Source: Eledone cirrhosa
Lineage: Eukaryota
DNA: 64,000 bases
Assembly (NCBI GenBank): GCA_964016885.1
Contig: OZ024741.1
Coordinates: 62,062,001 to 62,126,000, forward strand
Direction of reading: 5' to 3'
A model generated the notes under the pieces. That model was not told the origin of the DNA. It ran no database searches and saw only the letters and a program-made list of their open reading frames with translations. Each line of letters opens with the position of its first letter. Position 1 is the first letter of the stretch. Positions 55,014 through 64,000 of this stretch are shown one piece after another. The position numbers were made by a program, and so were the translations under genes.

Positions 55014-55071
55014 ATACCTGATGATGTCACCGGATTCATACTGAACCCGGTCATTGAAATGATCATAGTAT
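55014..55071 (+). ncRNA. Type I hammerhead motif (family G)
   Basis: ATAC CTGATGA TGTCACCGGATTCA TAC TGAACCCGGTCATT GAAA T GATC A TA|GTAT. Confidence 0.65.
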
Positions 55072-55169
55072 AAAAAATATATATATGGTGCGAGTACGAA
55101 GTTAATTATTATAAAATAACAGGAGGCGGGACTGGTGTAATTCCTTAAAAGGTTTATTATACTAAGATC

Positions 55170-55267
<98 letters not shown>

Positions 55268-55334
55268 AAGGTTTAGCAAATAATGAAAAAGTTTCAAAAT
55301 AAATTTAAAAAAATTGACTTTACCTACTATAGTT

Positions 55335-55417
55335 ACCTTTACCGATCGGTTTCGAATCCCAAAAATAAACGGAGGCCATACGGCCTTCGTTGCAAAGAAA
55401 GATTCTCGTCAGAAGGT
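55335..55417 (-). ncRNA. Canonical type I hammerhead ribozyme (family H)
   Basis: Reverse complement reads ACCTT CTGACGA GAATC..(ACGAAGGCC GTAT GGCCTCCGT)..GATTC GAAA CC GATC GG TA|AAGGT; all core nucleotides and three stems present. Confidence 0.85.
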
Positions 55418-55432
55418 TCTTTTCATTTGAAG

Positions 55433-55758
<326 letters not shown>

Positions 55759-55774
55759 CTGGCTGATCCATGGA

Positions 55775-58700
55775 TTTAATAATAATGAAAATATTGTGTA
55801 CAGTGCTCAGGTGCACCACAGCTCATCAAAAGTGCATGTATAGTACATAGGGTAATGTACAAACGTCAGGAAAATGAACAGATCATGATATACACATGTG
55901 TGCATGTGTATGGACGAGGGACATCAGGTGTCGTGTTGGCGAATTTCGAGAAGCATGAGGGTTTTAAAGGATGCAATGCCTCGGCAGCTAACAACTGACG
56001 CAACTCTAAGCGTGAAAAAATGTTTCCGAAAGTCATGGGAGCTGTGCTGTTTTCTGACTTTGTAGGCATGTCCACGTGTGTTAGACACATGGAGATCAAA
56101 AAGGTTCTCAGGGTTGTTGTTGGCGAGATGGTTAATAACTTTGTGGGTGTTTACCAAGTTCATTGCCAGACGTCGGAGCTTCAATGAATCCATGCCCAGG
56201 GAAGCAAGGCATTCAGAGTATGGTAGCTGTCTGATGGAGGGTATGCACTTGGTTGCACGTCTCTGAACAGTTTCCAGGAGGTCAATGTTCTGAGAAAGAT
56301 AGGGGTTCCAGACTGATGATGCGAATTCCAAGTGTGGTCGTACCATAGCTGTATATAGCTTTAAAAAGATGGCTGGAGAGCGGCTAACAAAGGTCTTGCT
56401 GAGTGATGCCAAGACACCCTCGGCCTTCTTGACAATTTTAGAGATGTGCTTTGTCCAACGCATATCGCTGCTGACAGTAATGCCCAGGTTACATTCACAA
56501 GAGGACTTCTTGATATCAGTGTTGTGGAGGGAGTATGTGGACGCTGGATTTTTCCTCCCAAAATGCATGGTGGTACACTTGTCCACAGCCAGCTTCAGTT
56601 GCCAGTCTGTGATCCATTGCTGTATTGTGTCCAGGTGTGGTTGTAGGAAAGAGTTATAGATTTCAGGATCTGTACTTTTGATTTCAAGGTACAGCTTGAT
56701 GTCATCTGGATATTTCAGTACTGTGACATTCTTTAAGTTGGCATCTATGTCATTAATGTATGCAACAAACAAAAGGGGACCAAGAACAGATCCCTGTGGT
56801 AAACCAGATGATATCTCATATGGTGAAGAATTCTGTCCTAGAACCGTGACTATCTCTTTTCGGCTGAGAATGAAGGATTTCAACCAGTTAAAAAGATCAT
56901 CCTTCACACCCATTGCAGAGAGTTTCGCCATAAGTCTTTTGTGTGGCACAAAATTAAAAGCCTTAGCGAAGTCAAGGTAAACAACATCCACCCATAAGCC
57001 GCCATCACTGATCCGGGTAATGTCTTCAAGGAACTCGATAAGCTGATCACAGCAGCTGGAGTTAGGGATAAATCCAAATTGCGAGGGCCAGATGAGACTG
57101 TGAGAGCTCCAGAAGTTACGAAGTGTTTCTCTGACACAGGATTCCATCAGTTTGGCAATACAGCTGGTAAGACTGACTGGACGATAGTTGACAGGTGAAT
57201 GACACTGGCAGTTTTCCACTGCTCCGGAGTAGCACCATTGTTGAAACAGTATTGAAAGAAGAAAGAAAGCTGGTGCAAAAAGAAGTACCCGCCACGTTTG
57301 AGAAGCAGGTATGTAACACCATCAAGACAAGGGAAGGCATAGTTGCGCTTATTCTTAAGGTAACGTCGCAGCATTGCAGGTGTAAATTCCATAGTTGTTA
57401 TGGAATTTGATGTTAGAGATGGTGGAGATGGTACATTCTCGTTTTCAACAGTAAAAATGCTTCCATAGCACTCAGCAATGAGTTCTGCGCATTCTTTGGG
57501 ATCGTCAGTGATCTGGCTTGTGTGGGGATTGCGAAGAGGACCAACTGGAGAGTGAGGTCTCTGCTTTGAATGTACATATTTCCAGAACACCTTACTGTCA
57601 GGATTGGTTGCTATGCACTGTTCAAATTCAAGCACTGTCTTTTTTGTCACTTGCTTAAGAGGGTTGGAAGTTTTATTCCGCCTTTTTCTGTTGGCATCTG
57701 ATTTATGCAGTTTATATTCCAGTTCAGCATTCCGAGGTTCTTTCCTGGCAAGTCGGACTGCTGAAGTTTCCCAAATTGCAATTTTGGGGTGGTTTTTTTC
57801 TGCTTACGTGGCACTGATGCTGCACACGCTATCTATATTGTGTCCAGGATGCTCTGGAGTATAGTGTTCACATCTCAGAGTTATAGAACTCGTGCCAGTT
57901 TGGGAGCTGTAGCTCAGTGAAGTACAAGTTCCAATCTGCTTTCTTCCAATTAAAGCAAGCAGATTGGAGATGGTTCTGTTTTTTGTTGCTGCCCACAAGA
58001 GCCAGATTGGTAATGATCATAGCATGATCAGAGTCGCCTAGAGGTTCCTCAGTAGTACAACTGATAACCACTTCAGTAGTAGTGGTGAAGAGCAGGTCCA
58101 AAGTGTTGTCACTTCTTGTTGGAGAGGTGACTACTTGTGACCAGTTTGAGTCCAGCACTAGCTCAAGGAAATCGTTTGCACTTTGTGGCCAACGAAAGGT
58201 TTCCCAATCGATCTCAGGGTGATTGAAGTCACCTGCAATAAAAACATAAGTGGCTGTTTTCCTGGCAGCAGCTCTGAAGATATCGCAAAGCTGTGTGTCC
58301 TGGTGGTAGTTTGGGGGTGATAAACAACACCAAGCAGAAGTGTTGACATGGTCATACGTATGTCACAGAAAAAAACTTCTTGTGATTCGTTCAAATCAAC
58401 GCAAGGAATTACAGAAAAAATTGAACGGACGTGACCATCACACCACCACCACGGCGATTAATGTGGTCCTTGTGGAACAGGTTGTACTCAGTAATGCTGA
58501 AAACCCCATCACAGAGTAAGGAGTGTGCCCATGTTTCCGTGACTGTGATGAAGTCAGAGTCGATGCTTCTGACGTAGGAGTTAAACAGATCTATCTTGTT
58601 GCATAAACTGCGAGCATTTAAGGACAACAATTTGTACCCTGCTTGCAGTTTATGATGGTGTGTAGAGGATGGAAGGTTGTTCTGGTTTAGTTTCCCAGAG

Positions 58701-60110
58701 TGGTTGCAGTTTTTTCATTGCCAGTTATTGTGGGTAGAGTGCACTCATACCAGCTGGTATCTCTCTTCCACGTTTCACCAGCCTTAACAAACCTCCAGAT
58801 CTGCGTATCATCACGCAGACTAAAACTTTCATGTTGTGCTGAGTTCCGATTCAAGGAAGCTGCAGCACGTAGCTTTGGGAGTACATCGGGTGGTAGGCCT
58901 GGGCGTGTTCGGAAGGTAATCCGAATTTCACGCCCAGCTTTAACAGAGGCCAGATGATATGAAATTGCCTCAACGGGGTCCGAAAAAGAAAGCCTGATGA
59001 GTCTGGGTTTTGGACCAGGTCGACCAAGGCGGAGAGCACCCTTTGGAGGAACATAGCCTAGGTCTTTGGCTGAGCTGGCAGCAAATGCCTGAAGATCAGC
59101 CTTGTCTTCTGTTACCCCAATGGCAATTACTTCATGGGTAGCAGATTCCGCGGTCTTCTCAGTGTGCTCAGATACGGCAAGAGGTACAGGGAGATTCTTT
59201 AGCAAGGCATTCCGATAAGACCCCTCATTGTGGGGTCCTACCCGAATGCTTGCCTTTATTCCTGTTACTTCCCTTCTTAAAACAGAAATCATTTGTTGCA
59301 ATTCTGCAAAATCTGTACTGGTCCATTGTTGTTGTTGTTGTTGTTGCTGTTGCTGCTGTTGTTGTTGTTGTTGTTGTTGAATCTGCTGCTGCCGCTGTTG
59401 TTGTTGTTGTTGCTGTTGTTGTTGTTGATGATGATGATGATGATGTTCCTCCACGGGAATGGTAGGGGAAGACACAGTCGTCGGTTGTTGGTGTCGAGAT
59501 GTACTGGGAGCGGAAGACATGGGTTATTGTTGTTTCTGATCTTCTTCCACAGGAATAGCAGCAGAAGCCAGTGTCATAGGTTTTTGCCGTTGTTCAGTAA
59601 CAATGGTAGAGGAAGATACAGTCATCGGTTTTATTTTTTTTGTTTTTTTGTTTTTCAATAACATTGGTGGAGGCAGGCACACAGTCCAGGCACTGAAAGA
59701 CCAAGATTTTAGCTGGACCATCTCCCAGCGTCCATCCATCATAGCAATATGATGTCTCTTTTTGGAGCCTGGGATCCTCCGGAAGCCTGTGGCGCATTGA
59801 AGGCAGACAGAGATGCGACAGGTTCCACATTCGACCCAGCGACTACGGAACGAGCTTTCGGGTTCCGTACAAATATAGCAGGTGTGATTGTCTGGGCAAG
59901 TTCTATTTTGGAACATCGACCAGTTTTGTCGCATACTTCATCGATGGATATCACCATGGCAATTTTGTTATTTCTGCCCATCCGTAGAAAAACACAGAAT
60001 GTAAACAGTATAGGTTTAGCACACTTGATTACGATAGAAATAAAATGTTTTGTTTGTGTTTTGTTTTGTTTTATTTTGTGTATTTTTTGTTTCCGTTTTC
60101 CTAAATATTG
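55775..60110 (-). mobile_element. CR1-clade LINE, full-length but frameshifted
   Basis: ORF1 with PHD-like CYIC..WVECGTC..CLQC and polyQ; APE LSLNARSLCNK, VTETW, LDLLFT, GDSDH; RT NYRPVSLTS, DFAKAF, PQGSVLGP, YPDDIK, VRPHLEF, VQRRAT. Confidence 0.93.
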
Positions 60111-60539
60111 TGTGTGTGTGTGTGCAAAAGGATCTGCGCATGTATGTATAATTTAAAAAAAAGTATATATATATATATATATAACCCACGTAAGCACGGG
60201 GAATAGATTTTAACAGAAATGAAGTCAGTGGTTTTACTGGAGTTTATGATACTTTCATTATAGTCTCCCACACTAAATAGTGTGATTTATTTTCACTTTG
60301 TGTGTATATATGTGTATGCTACGTATAGATATGTGTGTGTGTTGCTGTTTTATAGAGTTCGGATGTACTTACTGTCGTCCAACGTCGATTTGTTAGGGGT
60401 TTTTTTCCCCCTCATGTCCAAACGTGGCGAAAAATATAGTTTACTTCGTCAATAAAAAAAATAATTTATGAAGAAAGTTATGATATTTTTCATACTGGTT
60501 TTACAAGTAAGGGAAAAGTTAAACTATTCTTAATAGTGG

Positions 60540-60860
60540 GGTTTGCAATCCATCTGACGTGCTAATATGCAGATCTGACTGATCAGCCAGTCTGCTAATA
60601 TGCAAATCAGGCCGATCAGTCACTGTATATTTTAGAAAATATCATATATTTTCACTAACTCTGAGAGTTGGTAGGTGAACAGTGAGCTCTAATGATTGAA
60701 GGGTGATACCCAGAAACATTAGTGTCTGCAGTTCTGTTTACATGCCAGCACAAGAGCAAGAATGAAGGGTTCATTCTACTGACATGGTTTTAAAATGAGG
60801 CTGGTTCGCATAATTGCAAACGAATCGAATTATTAATATTCGAAAAACTCAGATTATATT
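60540..60860 (+). mobile_element. Family E repeat copy with degenerate hammerhead-like core
   Basis: Homologous to 25260-25590; CTAATGA..GGGT GAT ACCC A GAAAC ATTAGT GTC. Confidence 0.55.
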
Positions 60861-60902
<42 letters not shown>

Positions 60903-60906
<4 letters not shown>

Positions 60907-61141
60907 GAAAGGATTACAAAGGAGAATACATACTGCTAGAACATGCTTATGTATAAACATGTTCTAACAGTATGTATTCTCCTCTGTAATCCTTTCATTT
61001 GTAACCGCTCTGCTTATATTCTCGGTCGCTAAATATTAACGTTTCCAATATTTAACCCTGTAGGCACAAGTATTGAGCACAAATGCACCAGGTTTTGGCA
61101 ATTAACTATGTGTCGCTTATCCCTTTAATACACGATACAAA

Positions 61142-61147
<6 letters not shown>
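60903..61147 (+). mobile_element. Foldback element (about 48-bp arms plus tail) between (TA)n tracts
   Basis: 60903-60950 is the reverse complement of 60953-61000 with few mismatches. Confidence 0.6.
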
Positions 61148-61171
<24 letters not shown>

Positions 61172-61179
<8 letters not shown>

Positions 61180-61600
61180 TTAGAAATTATAAGCTTTCAC
61201 CGTATTTTAGTCTAAAATACGGTGAAAGCTTATAATTTCTAATTTCTAATTTCAAACTCGCGCACCGTTTCAAAAACATACTTACATGTTTACGTTTATA
61301 ATTTGCTTGTTTATCATTCACTTGCTAAGTTCATAGCTTCTAATTCGAATGGAAGGAGACGGGATGTGTATTGGTGTAATGGTAGCACAGTGGTCTGGAT
61401 AACCAAAGATGTGGGTTCGACTCCCATGTACGGCAACACTCATCTTTTTCCATTTCTCCGAGGGTTATAAACCCCACTATCAAGCTAAAAATTTCTTTAG
61501 TCTAAAATACGGTGAAAGCTTATAATTTCTAATTTCTAATTTCAAACTCGCGCACCGTTTCAAAAACATACTTACATGTTTACGTTTATAATTTGCTTGT
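61172..61600 (+). mobile_element. Element with 79-bp terminal palindrome, 105-bp direct repeats (290-bp period) and an internal tRNA-like cassette
   Basis: Palindrome 61172-61250; repeats 61206-61310 = 61496-61600. Confidence 0.75.
61365..61435 (+). tRNA. tRNA-like sequence (pseudogene or SINE head; loop reads anticodon GGA)
   Basis: D arm GTGT/GCAC, anticodon arm TGGT/ACCA, T arm GTGGG TTCGACT CCCAT; acceptor stem imperfect; T5 run about 10 nt downstream. Confidence 0.5.
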
Positions 61601-61607
61601 ATATATA

Positions 61608-61641
<34 letters not shown>

Positions 61642-62206
61642 TCTTCTTGCGTATGAAATTCTCCCAGGTTGTTGTAGATCGCCTGATCGAGATCAGAGAT
61701 CAGTTTCCAGGGCCCACCACGACCAGGTCGACAAATATTATTAATGAATTATTCACGTTTATGCAGTTTCAGCTTGAACGTTTGAGACGGTACAAGTATA
61801 AAAATGGCATTCATACGCAAATTTTATACTGAATGTATAAAATAGTCTCCATGTTATGCGCGCCTTAAACTCGTAGTGACATTTAAACCTAAGAGAGGCC
61901 ACAGGTCTCTAGGTACACACAAGGCTGACGTGTTCTATTTGGAAAGGAGGAAAGGAAAAGGTGGGATGTTTTCTCAGAGCGCAAAGAACTGGAAAGAATT
62001 CTTCGAAATATTTCCTCCGACGCTCTAAAAACTGCCAATTCACTGCCTTAAAAGAGCCCCAGATTCTCCACTAACACCTACATAAATGATGACAATAACC
62101 TATATAGGTCACCTAACTCTAACAAAGTATACACACACACGCACACACATACATACATACATACACACACGCACACACATACACACGCACACATGCATAT
62201 ATATAT

Positions 62207-62352
62207 GAGTCAAGACCCCGACGATGGAGCACCGGCCGTTCGGATCTAGCTGTCAAAACGGCCGGAGCTCAGCCGTCGAGGTCCTGACTCTTTTCCTATT
62301 ACCCACTCTACTACCCTAAGTATCGAGTACTTCGGTGCGTTATGGTCCATTC
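62207..62352 (+). mobile_element. Family C short inverted copy
   Basis: GAGTCAAGACCCCGACG...CGTCGAGGTCCTGACTC plus the shared tail. Confidence 0.72.
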
Positions 62353-62462
62353 ATATACTTACCATTTACATGCCACCTTTGACTTTGTGGTCCAGTTATG
62401 GCCACCACTGTATAGTGAAGGAGCCGTTCTAATACTGGCGCCAGGACGGATTTTAATTACAC

Positions 62463-62502
<40 letters not shown>

Positions 62503-62723
62503 CGTGTGTGTGTGCGTGCGCGTGTGTGCGTGTGCATCCGAAACTATAATGATCCCAAAAGATAGCCGATGAGCCGGAACTGCCGATGTATTCGTCTTTT
62601 CTGTATATCCTGACCCTTTTATTTGTCCTTCGTATTTGTTTGTTTTTCATTGTGTTTCTATTGATGTTATCATTGTCATCCACAGAGCTTGATTTTGAAA
62701 TCCCAACTATATATATATATATA

Positions 62724-63610
62724 CTAGCCGAATTACCCGCGCCTTGCAGAGTTTCACACATTTATTTTTGTAAGAGAATGATGATTGATTTTAAATCAGT
62801 GATATAATTTATGGAGAAAAACTCTGCATTTCAATATTACTCAATGTAAACATTATTTTTTGTAATATATCAAATCAAAATTACATTATTAAATCTTATT
62901 CTTATTTTGTTTCTTGTAAATAATTTTTTTCAAAATATCTTGTCATTTATCTATGGTTTAAATTTCATATAAATCGAAGGGAAATAATATTCAGCAGGAG
63001 TTTGTGCCTCCAGGGAAGCCTAAATAGGAGGTTTAACCCCTATTAGGGTGTCTGAATAATATTGAAATTTGCTGAGATTTTGTGATTAGGCATCATATCT
63101 TGTCCATGATTTAAATTTCATATGAATCGAAGAGAAAAAATTTTCAGCGGGGATTTTTCACCCTAAAATGAAATATACTTATCCAAGTACCCAAGGCAAT
63201 GTAGTTTCACAATATATATGGTTATGGGGGTCTATCTCCAAAACCATAGGAGGAGTTCGTGAAATCTTGTTCCATTTATTGGGCAAAAGTTTCACAATAG
63301 GGGGTTTAACCCCCACTAGGGTATCTTAATATTATTGAAATTTGCTGATATTTTGTGAATAGGCATCATATGTTGTCATTTACGTATGGTTCAAATTTCA
63401 TATAAACCGAAGGGAAACAAATTTCAGCGGGGGTTTTCAGCGGAGTTTAAGCCCCCGGAGAACTCTTTGATTAAAAGGAAATATACGTAAGAAATTAAAT
63501 GGGTATGAGCCCCACACACGTGTCAAGTTTCATCAAGATCGGTTTGGTAGTTTTTGAGTTTTAGGTTCACAAACAAATCCACAAACAGACAGGAATTACC
63601 ATTTATATAT
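62724..63610 (-). mobile_element. Non-autonomous Helitron-like element
   Basis: Minus strand ends GCAAGGCGCGGGTAATTCGGCTAG|T. The other end resembles the 27000 end (AAGTTT..GATCGGTT..ACAAACAGAC..TATATATA). Internal about 300-bp duplications. Confidence 0.7.
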
Positions 63611-64000
63611 ATATATATATATATATATGTACGAGGTGAGTTTTATTGTAGTACAATAAAGCAATGCAGATATCGGATAAGAAGCACTCTACAGTTTGTA
63701 GGACTGGAGTATACATAATATATAAGATCAAAAGATGGTTAAAAGAGTTCCATGTATTTTATTATGCGCATTTCAAAAACAAATATCATCATGCAATAAC
63801 ATTAAATACCAACTTAAAAGAACCAACACGACACTCTCCGAACTCATATGGTCCTTGAAAGACAAAAATATTAAATATAACATCTCTTGGAAAAAGGTTT
63901 CTTCTGCTTCTACATACTTGAACAGTTCTCTATCCAAGACTTGCAATCTCTGTTTAAATGAAAAATTTACCATTATATCTAATTTAGATTCTATAATAAA

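Noticed and set aside
61365-61435. Functional tRNA-Ser(GGA) gene
   Set aside because: Broken acceptor stem, pyrimidine at position 37 and no long variable arm; kept only as tRNA-like

Overview
AT-rich, microsatellite-saturated animal genomic DNA. A cephalopod/octopus-like origin is inferred from the repeat landscape, not proven. The only host gene I can support is a 5-coding-exon SLC16/monocarboxylate-transporter-family gene on the + strand (7242-30760, about 468 aa). The rest is mostly mobile DNA: R4/Dong-type RLE LINEs sitting in (TAA)n and (CATA)n; three head-to-tail Tx1-clade LINEs, each bounded by (GATA)n and one nearly intact; a decayed CR1; Ingi-like and RTE remnants; two non-autonomous Helitrons; MITEs; and tRNA-derived SINEs. 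The most striking unannotated signal is a dense set of short non-coding repeats from at least 6-7 sequence families. They are anchored in (TA)n tracts, arranged as inverted and/or partial tandem copies, and carry type-I hammerhead ribozyme motifs (CUGANGA...GAAA, often with palindromic stem III). This is the architecture of Penelope-like pseudo-LTRs or retrozymes, but no Penelope ORF is intact here. One similarly built unit also carries a tRNA-like Pol III cassette. All ribozyme folds were paired by eye and activity is untested.
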